From NCBI GenBank assembly GCA_030390025.1, contig JASTWF010000334.1, positions 186,001 through 250,000 of the forward strand: a stretch of DNA of 64,000 nucleotides, written 5' to 3'. The notes beneath the pieces are model-generated. The model ran no database searches. It was not told the DNA's origin and worked only from the letters and a program-made list of their open reading frames with translations. Each line of letters starts with the position of its first letter. Position 1 is the stretch's first letter. Origin of the DNA: Squalus acanthias (taxonomy: Eukaryota). Positions 39,940-50,835 of the stretch are shown piece by piece. The position numbers and the translations under genes were made by a program.

Positions 39940-41810
39940 ATGACTGCACAGAGGCAGAGGGCTGCACCCAGGTTCTCCGATGACTCCCTCCATATGATTG
40001 TGGAAGGAGTCAGAGCACGCAGGGAGGTCCTCTTCCCTTCAAATGGGTGGAAGAGACCTCCCCAGGAGACAAAAAGAGCCTGGCTCCAAATTGCAGAGGA
40101 GGTGAACAGCAGGGATGTGGTCAGGAGGACCTGGGTGCAGTGCCGCAAATGTTTCAATGATCTCATTAGATCAGGAAACGTTAGTACAAAGCCACAAACC
40201 TCATCCTGCTGTGCCTCTCATCACATCCCCATCACTCTTCCTTCCCAACCCTATTCTGCACATCCTTACTCATACCAACATACCTTGCACGTCCACCCAT
40301 CCCTCTCTCGCTATCTACATTATCACATTCCCATCTCACTGGCCACCCCTCACACTCACCCTCATCCTAATCATACCAACTAACAACACACAAGGAGGCC
40401 ACTTGGCATTGCCACCCCACTCCATCATAATCTCCCTCTAAAGATGTAACCTATCCATTCCTTACACTCATTCCATCACTCTCACTCAACCTTCTCTTCT
40501 TTCCCTCCTTGCAGGAAAAGAGAACCCAAAATAAGAGGGAGAGGGGGAGAACCGGCGGTGGCCCTCCATCATTTGCAAACCTTACAACAGCAGAGGAGGC
40601 TGCTTTAGAAATACCTGTAATCGCCGAGCTGCTGGAGGTGGGAGACGGAAAGAGGGGTCATCTCAGCAACCTGGTGACAGAATTACATATCATACAGCTA
40701 CATGGTATATATCAGTCACTCATACGGGGACTGATGTCAGCAGCCAGTGAATGGTCATCATGTGCATAATAGTATCTGTATCCATTCTTCATATGGTGTA
40801 TCTAACTCATCTCTTTACTCTCCCACAGGTCCATCAAGAACACTGCCCCACCCCCAACCCCCCCTCCCCACTGTCCAGGAGGAAGAGAAAGATGACTCCT
40901 CGGAGTAGCCTCCAGCCTCTGAGGGTGCACCGTCACCAGACATAAGCGCACTCAGCACAAGCACAGATATGCACACCTCGGTGCATGCCACGTGAGATAG
41001 AATAGTGTTGTCACCTGGTATGTCACAACTCACAAGTGAGCAAGAGCAGATGGTGGAGACAGGGACAGCAGTGAAGCGTCCTCGCCGGAGGGTGCAGGAT
41101 GCTCTCAGCTTTGCTCAGCTGCATGCAGACACTGAGCCTTGGGGGCCATCCAGAAAGAGGGCGATCCTGGAGATGCAGGAAGAAGTGCAAGGGGCACTGA
41201 CAGGTTTTGCGAGCGCGATGTCTGCAAATGTTCCGAGAATGGAGGAATCCATCTCCAACATGAGCACCACCATGTCGCAGGCGATAGCGACTGTAGGCTC
41301 TTCCATGGATAGGATGGCCACCTGCATGGAGCAGCTAATGCGCCACTGACATGAGCACATGCTATCTATAGAGAATAGATGGCAGAGGTTCATAGTCCTC
41401 CTCTCTAGGAGGGATGTCAGTGTAGAAGTGGGTCCTCATGGCCCCACTGATATGCAGCAAGGTGCTCTCCAGCTACTTGCTAGCAGAGAAGTGCGGGTGG
41501 CCCAGGAGAGAGATGATGGTGAGAGGGGACATGGAAGTGTGGGCTCCTCTCAAAGCGCTTACACTTCTCCTCCATTGCCACCTCAGTCAGAGCCCCAGAT
41601 GCCTCCTCGTCAGCGATGGCCGAGTCTGTCCCTGCATAGTCACAGGAGGAACAGACTTTGGCGGGGCCATTAGAGGCTCCAAAACCCAGAGGGCGTCTGC
41701 CAAGAGTGTCTAAGTAGTCGCAGCAGGGAAGTGAGCAGGCTGCCTCTACCTCTGCTGAAGCCACAGGGGTAGCACCTCGTAGAAGCACGCGTAAGAGAAA
41801 GATGACATAC
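39940..41810 (+). pseudogene. Harbinger Myb/SANT-like DNA-binding protein gene; exons ~39940-40179, 40515-~40673, 40829-~41810
   Basis: RAAPRFSDDSL..LFP..KRAWLQIAEEVNS..RTWVQCRKCFNDL|gttagt, then cag|EKRTQNKRERGRTGGGPP. The 3' part has stops and frameshifts. Confidence 0.8.
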
Positions 41811-42113
41811 AAGCAGATTCACAAGGGTAGCCACTTGATTGTTTTAGTCAATGTTAATGTCAAGTTTCCGTTAATGTGATCTCAACCATAAAAATCTTTA
41901 TTTTCACCACTTTCCGGTCTTGGACAAATTTGCGTGCACCTTTGGAAGCGGTTTAGTGAGTTGCAGTGAATAGTGAGACATACTGTACCTCCAGCAATGG
42001 TGATCAGTGTGAAAGGAATGGCTTGGTCATTGTAGGGATCCTTTATGGTGCTGCTGTGGGGTGGTGCCAACCTGGTGCATCATGTGGCAGCCATATGGGT
42101 GTACTGTGTAAAT

Positions 42114-43350
42114 TTAAGTAAATCTAGCCATGATGAGACCATCCCTGGCCTCCCGGGCAGCAATGTGCTCAGGTGCTGGTGGGATCTGGGCCACAGGTTC
42201 CTCCAACACCTGCTCCTCCTCGTCTTCCAGCTGATGCTCCTCCTCTGAAGAAGAAGAGGCTGTGCGCTCAGTGCCTTGCTCCTCATGCAGCGCTAATCCT
42301 CGCTGCTGCACTATGTTGTGCAGGGCGCAGCAGACCAGGACAATTCTGGAGACCCTAGCTGGTGTGTACTGAAGGGCTCCTCCAGTTCTGACAAGGCATC
42401 TGAAGCGCATTTTCAGCATGCCTATTGTCTGCTGTCTGACACATCTGGTGGAAATGTGGTTTTCATTATATCTCTCCTTGGCCTCAGTACTTGGCCTCCT
42501 CAAGGGTATCATGAGCCACGTCTTCAGTGGATAGCCCTTGTCTCCAAGCAGCCAGCCGGAAAGTCTGCTTGGAGGAGCGAAGAGCTGAGGGAGGGTGGAC
42601 TGGCGAAGGATGAAAGAGTCATGACAGCTACCAGGGAATTTGGCGCTACATGCATGATGATCTTCTTATGCTTGCAGACCAGCTGCACATTGAGGGAGTG
42701 GAAGCCCTTGCGGTTGACAAGGACTCCTGGGTGATGATGGGGTGCCCTGATGGCCACGTGTGCAGTCAATGACGCCCTGCACCCGTGGGAAGCCAACCAG
42801 AGTGGCAAAGCCGAGCGCCCGCTCAGTAATACTGGCTTCATCAGTGGCAAAGTTGATATAATTGGCTGACTTGTCAAAGAGGGCATCGGTGACCTGTGTG
42901 ATGCATCTGTGGGCGGCCGACTGCGAGATGCCGCAAATGTCAGCTGCAGATCCCTGGAAGGAGCCTGAGGTGAAGAAGTTGAGGGCGCTGGTGACTTTGA
43001 CAGCCACTGGTAAGGCGTGTCCACCCGCTCCTCTGAGCTGCAGGTCTTGCTCCAGCAATCTGCAAATGTCTGCGACAACCTGGCATGATAGGCTGAACCT
43101 CCTTTTGGCACTGCTGCTCAGTCATGTTGACGAAGCTCATTGTCTGCCTGTATACCCTGTGTTGGGGGTATTGCCTCCGGCGCGGTGCAGCCCTGTGCTG
43201 ATGCCCTCTGTCTTGTGCAGCATCAGGTGGTTGAGGAGAAGGTTGGTGGTGTTGTTGTTGGTGCTGATGGTGTGCCTGGTGCTGCTGGTGTTGGGGCTCA
43301 TCGTGGTCCGATTCTGAGGACCAAGGTGACACAGTACAAACGACACCCAT
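42114..43350 (-). pseudogene. Harbinger (HARBI1-like) DDE transposase/nuclease, frameshifted
   Basis: [67 protein letters not shown] and [18 protein letters not shown] are spread over several frames. Confidence 0.9.
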
Positions 43351-43841
43351 GCTGATGGAATAGATGGCAGGTCAAGTAGAGATGAGAGGAGCAATCTTTC
43401 AAAGGTGTGATAGGTTGTAATAATGAGGCGACTTTGCTGGAAACACTTGCAGCCTCTAGAAAGTTAGATCTGTGCTGGGAATGCAGTCAGCAACAGCTTC
43501 TGCCTGAGGAAAGTGATCAGCTGTGAGGTGGGAGCTTTTATAGTACATTTCATGCTGTCAACTAATCAGCTGGATCAATGGCCACTCAACTCCCGCCTCA
43601 GGTTGACAGACGTGGTTCCCAAGCTGCGAGTATCCCATGGTCATTCAGGGAAATTTGAAAGGTAGGCTAAAAAAGCAGTTTGAGGATCTGACAACAAGCT
43701 GATAATCATTTAAATGCGCCCAATGGAGAGGCGCGTGGGGGCGGAATGACGGCGGGTTCCCGACCCGCTCCAACTTATTTCAAATTTCCCACCCAACCCG
43801 CCTCCGATCATACCCGCACGGACCCCAGAAAATTCCGGCCC

Positions 43842-44195
43842 ATATCCCTGAACACCACCTACCCAGCTTCTCACCAGGTCCCTCAACCCCACTTACCTAC
43901 CTTCCCCCCACATCCCTCAACCCTACCTTCTCCCTCTATCCCTCAACCCCACCTACCCTCCTTCTCCCCATATCCCCAAACACTACCTTCTCCCCATATC
44001 CCTCAACCCCACCTACCCTCCTTCTCTCCATATCCCCAAACACTACCTTCTCCCATATCCCTCAACCCCACCTACCCTCCTTCTCTCCATATCCCCAAAC
44101 ACTACCTTCTCCCATATCCCTCAACCCCACCTACCCTCCTTCTCCCCATATCCCCAACCCTACCTTTGCCCCAAACTCCTCAACCCCACCCACTA
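43842..44195. repeat. Pyrimidine-rich tandem repeat, right part
   Basis: Same units as 38310-38909. Confidence 0.9.
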
Positions 44196-44215
44196 ACAGT
44201 GTAGTGTGATGTTAC

Positions 44216-44337
44216 CTGCAGCACTGGAGTCTCCATGACAGCGTCCAGAAAGCTGTGGATCTCTCGCTCCTCCTCTGGGGTAATGATCTCCGGTTCTCCT
44301 GTGTCAGCTTCATAATTATCCAATAGGGAAATGAATG
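44216..44337 (-). CDS. endou: EndoU exon (AFISLLDNYEADTGEPEIITPEEEREIHSFLDAVMETPVLQ)
   Basis: Acceptor ttccttttag| and donor |gtaac; 122 nt, phase 1-0. F..LLDNY...TG..E..T.EE..E...FLD is an EndoU hallmark. Confidence 0.92.
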
Positions 44338-44914
44338 CTAAAAGGAATCACAAATGTGTCTTTGCTATAATCTGTGCTTTGTGTCAATTGGGGGCAGGTG
44401 ATTCACTCACGGAGATCCAGCATTTAATATCAGAGTGTATTGGTATCAGGGATTGGGTAATATAGGGAGAAGATATTAGAGGGTGGTTGTCAGGGTGTGG
44501 ATTTCAGGGAGTGGGTATCAGAGACTTGGGAAATGATGTAGATGGTCTGAGAGCCAGCAGATGGATTCTCCTGTGGATATGAAGGTCAGGTGATGTATAT
44601 GAAGTAATGGTGTACAACATGAGGGCTGTCTGTTGGCAGAGAAAGTGTGTGGTCAGTGTGAGGCTGTTATTAATGAGGTAAATAAGGAGGGAACTGGGCT
44701 CCAGATCACAACAAGTGTACAGAGGAGTTGGGCCAGTTCTGGAGTGTGGGTACAGTACGGGGCACCCCACCTCAAATAGGATATTTAGACCCATTCAAAG
44801 GATGAGGGAAGAGTGACAAGGGCAGTTCAGGTCTTTAGGGGATTGAGTTATGAAGAAGGGGGCAGAGGACATGATCCAGGTCTGGGAATAACAAAAGGTG
44901 TAAATGAGGCGGAA

Positions 44915-45497
44915 TTTTTTTTTAAATTCGCTTATGGGATGTGGGCGTCGCTGGCAAAGCCAGCATTTATTGCCCATCCCTAGTTACCCTTGAGAAGGTG
45001 ATGATGAGCCGCCTTCTTGAACTGCTGCAGTCCGTGTGGTGAAGGTACTCCCACAGTGCTGTTAGGGAGGGTGTTCCAGGATTTTGATCCAGCGACAATG
45101 AAGGATCGGCGATATACTCCTAAGTCAGGATGGTGTGTGACTTGGAGGGGAACTTGGAGGTGGTGGTGTTCCCATGCGCCTGCTGCCCTTGTCCTTCCAG
45201 GTGGAAGAGGTCGCGGGTTTGAAAGGTGCTACCGAAGAAGCCTTGGCGAGTTGCTGCAGTGCATCTTGTAGATGGTACACACTGCAGCCACAGCACGCCG
45301 GTGGTGGAGGGAGTGAATGTTTAAGGTGGTGGATGGGGTGCCAATCAAACGGGTTGCTTTGTCCTGTATGGTGTCGAGCTTCTTGAGTGTTGTTGGAGCT
45401 GTACTCATCCAGGCAAGTGGAGAGTATTCCATCACACTCCTTACTTGTGCCTTGTAGATGGTGGAAAGGCTTTGGGGAGTCAGGAGGTGAGACAATT
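44915..45497 (-). mobile_element. 3' fragment of the LINE family seen at 3133-6150
   Basis: Encodes LSTIYKAQVRSVMEYSPLAW..LHHRRAVAAVCTIYK. Its 3' tail is the reverse complement of 6030-6145. Confidence 0.88.
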
Positions 45498-45534
45498 AGC
45501 AAGCAATTTAATTGTTATTTAATTTAAAGAGTGA

Positions 45535-46433
45535 GAGGGCCACCGTCGGTTCTCCCCCTCTCCCTCTTATTTTGGGTTCTCTTTTCCTGCAAGGAGTATG
45601 GGGGAAGTGACAGTTAGAGAGAGATTAACAATTAGGGGGAGTGAGGGTTAGAGAGAGATTAACAATTAGGGGGGGTGAGGGTTAGAGAGAGATTAACAGT
45701 CGAAGGGGAGTAGGGGTTAGAGAGAGATTAACACGGGAGGGGTGAGGTTTAGAGAGTGGGGAGTTGAAGAAGGAAGTTAAAGTATGAGATCAAAAATTGG
45801 TGGGAGGGTTCCATGGTGCCGTGTTCAAGTGCTCTGCGTGTATCGGGGTTGTTGGGCTGAATTTCCTTTTCTGACTCTGGACTTTAAGGCTAGAAATTCG
45901 GTGCATTTGTGCCTCTTTTCGCCTGAGCATGGCACTGCTAGCGGCGGCGGTAACCAGTAGTGCCCCGCTCCGCTGCACAGGCGATGACGACGTCATCACC
46001 GTGCGCAGTGCCCTGTTTTCACCCCGCCTGCAACATTGGCCCACGCCCCCTGAATCTGCGCCGGGCGATGACAGCGACCGATTCAGGGGGCGGGAACGGA
46101 GCGGCGGGAGGCTCACGGGACGCTAAGTAAAGAGGAGGTGGCGGGCAGGGAATAAAAATAACCGGCCGACTTACTTGTCGCGGCCCATTGCGTCTTTGAA
46201 CGTGGGGTCCGTGCCGCGATCTGGCAGCCCGGCCCTCCTCTAGAGGGCTGGGCTGCTGGCACGGTACCCCGCTCCCCGGTGCTCCAGGTAGGGCCCCGCA
46301 GAGTTGTGGGCTTGGGCCCTCCCCTTTAATGAGGGGAGAGCCCTTCCATGCAGCAGTGCTACGTGGCCCAGTGCGTAGCACTGAAGAACGCACCGCCCCG
46401 ATATCCAGAACGGTCGCGAATGAATTTTTCCCC
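45535..46433. mobile_element. Harbinger-derived remnants: inverted copy of the Myb exon-2 start, a short ~38-bp tandem repeat, and a GC-rich MITE-like segment (~45886-46433)
   Basis: 45535-45596 is the near-exact reverse complement of 40505-40565. The ends aggctagaaattc... and ...gaatttttcccc are TIR-like but weakly matched. Confidence 0.5.
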
Positions 46434-46520
46434 CTCAGTCTATAACCCTCTCTCACTGGAGCTAACCCTTGTTTGAAATTGTCCTGTTGATTCTGTATTT
46501 GCCGGGGCCGGAGCTCGTAC

Positions 46521-46626
46521 CTGAAAACGTTTTCTTTTTGAAAACTTCCTCGTTCACATAAAGGAACAATGGGAGTGCTGCTCCCTCAGTGACGTCTGTG
46601 TTATGTACAGTTTGTTCAGCTTTCTC
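46521..46626 (-). CDS. endou: EndoU exon (EKAEQTVHNTDVTEGAALPLFLYVNEEVFKKKTFS)
   Basis: Acceptor ttattgttgcctacag| and donor |gtacga; 106 nt, phase 0-1, in frame with 44216-44337. Motif PLF..V.E....K.TF. Confidence 0.85.
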
Positions 46627-46669
46627 CTGTAGGCAACAATAATAAAGAGAAATGACTGACCTGTTGTGT

Positions 46670-46945
46670 CGAACCATAGAAATCACAGCACAGCAGGAGG
46701 CCATTCACCCCATCGTGCCTGTGCTAGTTATTTGACTGAAGCTGCCTGTGCTGATCCCCATTTCCCCGCCCTGTCCTTGTGTCCATTTATATTCATCTTT
46801 TTCAATCCTTATCCAATTCCCTTCTAAATGTTCCAGTCTCTCCCTCAGTAGCCCCTTGTGATAAAACAACCCATGTTGTAATAACTGTCTGTGTGAAAAG
46901 GGTTTTTCCAACTTCCCCCCTCATTATTCCAGTGATAATCCTCAG
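46670..46945 (-). mobile_element. Degenerate CR1 3' end
   Basis: Tail catagaaatcacagcacagcaggaggccattca. Remnant translation GKTLFTQTVITTW..FRRELD. Confidence 0.6.
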
Positions 46946-46947
46946 TC

Positions 46948-47457
46948 TGAAAGAAGGAACGTGCATTTCTATCGCGCCTTTCACCACCTCAGGACGGCCC
47001 AAAGTGCTTCACAACCAATCAAGTACTTTTTGAAGTGTACTAACTGCTGTAATGTAGGAAACGCAGCTGCCAATTTGTGCACAGCAAGATCCCACAAACA
47101 CCAATGTGATCATTACCAGATCATCGGTTTTAGTGATGTTAGTTGAGAGATAAATATTGGCCAGGACACCAGGCAGAACTCCCCTGCTCTTCCTCCAATA
47201 GTGCCATGGGATCATTTACATCTCTTACGTTGAGTCTGCAGCACAGAAACAGGCCATTCGACCCAACAGCTCCATGCCGGTGAATATGCTCCACACAAGT
47301 CTACTCCCTCCCCTTTTCATCGAACTCCATCAACATATTGCTCTATTCCTTTCTCCCTCATGTGTTTATCTCGCTACCCCTTAAATGCATCTATACGTCC
47401 ACCTGAGAAGGCAGAAAGGCTCTTGGTTTAACGTCTCATCCGATAGACAGCACCTCC
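46948..47457 (-). mobile_element. Deu-domain SINE (SacSINE1/AmnSINE1-like) with an L2-type tail, interrupted by a short CR1-tail piece (~47220-47395)
   Basis: Minus strand reads ggaggtgctgtctatcggatgagacgttaaacc...gatcccatggcactatt..gagcaggggagttc..gtgtcctggccaatatttatc, which I recognise as the Deu core. Its tail resembles the L2 end at 9985-10030. Confidence 0.75.
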
Positions 47458-47925
47458 CCTTGTTATTGATTCACTAACATTTGGACCAATCTTTCATCAT
47501 TTACACTCTCAAAACATTTTTTCGAAGTTGTCTCTCTGTTAAACAGTGCCAGTAAATACTCCTTGTGCAGCAGCTAACTATAACCACATACTTCATCATT
47601 TGTACATACTCGCTGTAGCACAAAGCCCTTGTGAAAGATCTGTTCAATCACTTTACAAATGCCAAATACATTAACCACCATTCAGCAACTTTGCACAAAT
47701 GAAGACTTTCAGTGATGAAACTTCTCTGAGGAGAATGACAGAATCTTTTCATGATTGAGAAGCCTTTGAGGGGCCAGGGATCATGATGGCGGGCAGCAGT
47801 GAGGGGGCAAAGAGCAGGAGAGCAGGAAAGTCAGGAAGCAGTGATTAGGTAACACCAAGATCATAGGAGGAAGGGAAGAGCAAGGCAGGTTCCACAGCTT
47901 TGAAGGCCTTGTTCAGAATAAAAAT

Positions 47926-48010
47926 GAGAAGTCGCACAACACCAGGTTATAGTCCAACAGATTTATTTAATTTTACAAGCTTTCGGAGCTGTCGCTCCTT
48001 CGTCAGGTAA
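47926..48010. mobile_element. Short Penelope-like terminal fragment
   Basis: cacaacaccaggttatagtccaacagatttattt..agctttcggagc..ctccttcgtcaggt resembles shark Penelope ends (recognition only). Confidence 0.4.
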
Positions 48011-48179
48011 GTTAGCAATGAGAGAATCTCCCAGAATTCACAATTTAAACCCAGACAAAATCTATTCACATTATTCACTACAACAAAGAGCACAGCCAAG
48101 ACAATGAGATGTGTCCCAGGGGGTATAAAGAGACAGTGCAATCAGCCTGGATTTCAGTAACTGTGAGGATCCAAAGAGG

Positions 48180-49094
48180 AGGGAGAGTGTGTGGGACGGG
48201 GGGGGAGAGTGTGTGGGACGGGGGGGGGGAGAGTGTGTGGGACGGGGGGGAGAGTGTGTGGGACGGGGAGAGTGTGTATGGGATGGGGGAGAGTGTGTGG
48301 GACGGGGGAGAGTGTGTGGGACCGGGGGGAGAGTGTGTGGGATGGGGGAGAGTGTGAGGGACGGGTGGAGAGAGTGTGTGGGACGGGGGGGAGAGTGTGT
48401 GGGACGGGGGAGAGTGTGTGGGACGGGGGGAGAGTGTGTGGGATGGGGGAGAGTGTGTGGGACGGGTGGAGAGAGTGTGTGGGACGGGGGGAGAGTGTGT
48501 GGGACGGGGAGAGTGTGTGTGGGATGGGGGAGAGTGTGTGGGACGGGGGGGAGTGTGTGGGACGGGGGGAGAGTGTGTGGGATGGGGGAGAGTGTGAGGG
48601 ACGGGTGGAGAGAGTGTGTGGGACGGGGGGGAGAGTGTGTGGGACAGGGAGAGTGTGTATGGGATGGGGGAGAGTGTGTGGGACGGGGGAGAGTGTGTGG
48701 GACGGGGGGGAGAGTGTGTGGGACGGGGGGGAGAGTGTGGGACAGGGGGAGAGTGTGTGGGATGGGGAGAGTGTGTGGGACAGGGGGGAGAGTGTGTGGG
48801 ACGGGGGGAGAGTGTGTGGGACGGGGAGAGTGTGTGGGACGGGGAGAGTGTGTATGGGATGGGGGAGAGTGTGTGGGACGGGGGGAGTGTGTGGGACGGG
48901 GGGGAGAGTGTGGGACGGGGAGAGTGTGTGGGACGGGGGGAGAGTGTGTGGGTCGGGGAGAGTGTGTGGGACAGGGGGCTAGTGTGGGACGGGGGGAGAG
49001 TGTGTGGGACGGGGGGGAGAGTGTGTGGGACGGGGGGAGAGTGTGTGGGACGGGGGAGAGTGTGTGGGACGGGGCGAGAGTGTGGGACGGGGGG
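48180..49094. repeat. G-rich ~23-bp minisatellite (GGGGGAGAGTGTGTGGGACGG), runs into a gap
   Basis: Directly visible tandem array. Confidence 0.95.
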
Positions 49095-49294
49095 NNNNNN
49101 NNNNNNNNNNNNNNNNNNNNNNNNNNNNNNNNNNNNNNNNNNNNNNNNNNNNNNNNNNNNNNNNNNNNNNNNNNNNNNNNNNNNNNNNNNNNNNNNNNNN
49201 NNNNNNNNNNNNNNNNNNNNNNNNNNNNNNNNNNNNNNNNNNNNNNNNNNNNNNNNNNNNNNNNNNNNNNNNNNNNNNNNNNNNNNNNNNNNNN
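49095..49294. other. Assembly gap (200 N, true size unknown)
   Basis: Run of N. Confidence 1.
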
Positions 49295-49785
49295 CCCCCC
49301 CCGGGGTTATTAGACACTATCCCCCCCCCCGGGGGACACTATCCTCCCTCCCCAACGGTTTAATCAGCTGAGCCGTGAATGAAATCCTCTCGAGTGAGCT
49401 CAAAGCCAAGTGAGGAATTCACTGGATCATTTTCTGTTGGCCGGTGTGATGTTAACGAGAGGCACAAATTAATAATAAACTATGTCCCCAAATTGGCGCA
49501 GCCTCCCGACACATTCCAGCTTTAACTGAACAGGATGTGGACACAGGATCCGGGCCCACCAGGGGCGGGGATTCCAGGCCAGAGGAGCAGGCTGGACCCC
49601 CGAAGATAAAGTTGTGCGGGATGAAGGGGCACAAGAATGTTTGTGGATGAAGAAGGAAGTGGGCACAGCCCTGGATGGCAATATGTATCCGTGCTTCAGG
49701 CCATGTGGGTCCTGACAAGCCCTCATCGTGTTACCAGTGTCCGCTGACCCCATGCTGATGAGGGGCCTCACACTTACCTCCATAC

Positions 49786-50211
49786 GGGCTATGGTAGCAT
49801 AGTGGTAACGTTACTGGACTAATGATCCGGAGACGTGAGTTCAAATCTCATCAGGGAAGCTGGGGAATTTAAGTTCAGTTAATTAAATAAATCAAGAATT
49901 TAAAAAAAGCTAGTGTCAGTAATGGTGACCATAAAACTACCGGATTTTCGTAAAAACCCACCTGGTTTTCTAATGTCCTTTAGGGAAGGAAATCTGCCAT
50001 CCTTACCCGGTTTGGACTACATGTGACTCCAGACCCACAGCAATCTGGTTGACTCTTAACTGCCCTCTGAAATGGCCACTCAGTTGTACCAAACCGCTGC
50101 AAAGAAGTATCACGGACTGCAGCGGTTCAAGAAGCTGGCTCACCACCACCAAGGGCAATGGGCAATACATGCCAGTGATGCCCATATCCTGTGAATGAAT
50201 AAATTTAAAAA
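49786..50211 (+). mobile_element. tRNA-headed SINE inserted in the left arm only
   Basis: A box tagcatagtgg (49795-49805), B box gagttcaaatc (49837-49847) and an A-rich tail. The right arm has the empty site (ccatactccgggg). Confidence 0.85.
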
Positions 50212-50674
50212 ACTCCGGGGCAGCGTCACTGCTGGAGGGCACAGGTGGGCACAATCGCAGCGTCACTGTTTAGACCGTGGGCCGTGGAATTTCAGAGCCT
50301 ATTTCTCCACAGCGAATGGTGAGAATGTGGAATTCTCTGCCACAAACTGGTGATGAAGCCGAGCCCATCAATTCTTCAAAAAGGGAAATAGATAGCTCTT
50401 AAAAGTAGACTATTGAAACGGATGGAATGATGAGTGAGCAGGAGAGAGGGATTAGACTGACTGGGATAGTAAAGGGTATAGGGAGTGAGCAGGAGAGTGG
50501 GATTAGACTGGGCAGAATATCAAGGTTTTGCAAAGTTAGATAGTTGCCCATTTTAGGATATTCCTTCAGGAGCCGCTCCTTTCTATTCCCTCTAATTTAG
50601 ACAGCAGGTAATCCACAAACTTTCCACCTCACAGCATTAACCTGTCCTCACACACCGTGTCTGGTTGACCCTAC

Positions 50675-50729
50675 CTGCCACATCACTGACGAGCAATGCA
50701 CTCAGCACCAAAACCATCACCAGCATCAT
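50675..50729 (-). CDS. Signal-peptide coding exon of the left-arm lectin-type gene (MMLVMVLVLSALLVSDVA); whole exon 50675-50757
   Basis: Acceptor ttttccttgtgtttcag|, ATG, hydrophobic 18-mer, phase-1 donor |gtaggg. It differs from the right-arm exon at 4 of 83 nt. Confidence 0.8.
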
Positions 50730-50835
50730 GTCTGCAGTGAAGTTCCTTTCCTCTCACCTGAAACACAAGGAAAAGATTCAACATTAGTGTCAAGGTTTCA
50801 AATTAAAGATTGGGATTTCCTGCTCCCATTCCTAC

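Larger units (their letters stand above)
38910..43841. mobile_element. Full-length, decayed PIF/Harbinger DNA transposon in an EndoU intron
   Basis: TIRs aggctggaattttct (38910-38924) and agaaaattccggccc (43827-43841) are 13/15 complementary. Convergent Myb/SANT and DDE nuclease genes lie inside. The element splits one tandem repeat. The TSD is not clean (CAA/CAT). Confidence 0.88.

Noticed and set aside
42114..43350. Domesticated host HARBI1 gene
   Set aside because: It is frameshifted, flanked by TIRs and paired with the element's Myb gene, so it is a transposon copy.
37466..49371. His/Thr-, Cys/Val-, Pro- and Gly-rich ORFs
   Set aside because: These are translations of the CA, pyrimidine-rich and G-rich simple repeats, some reading through N gaps.
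49786..49860. tRNA gene
   Set aside because: The A/B boxes continue into a SINE body and LINE-type tail, no full cloverleaf is evident, and it is absent from the paralogous arm.
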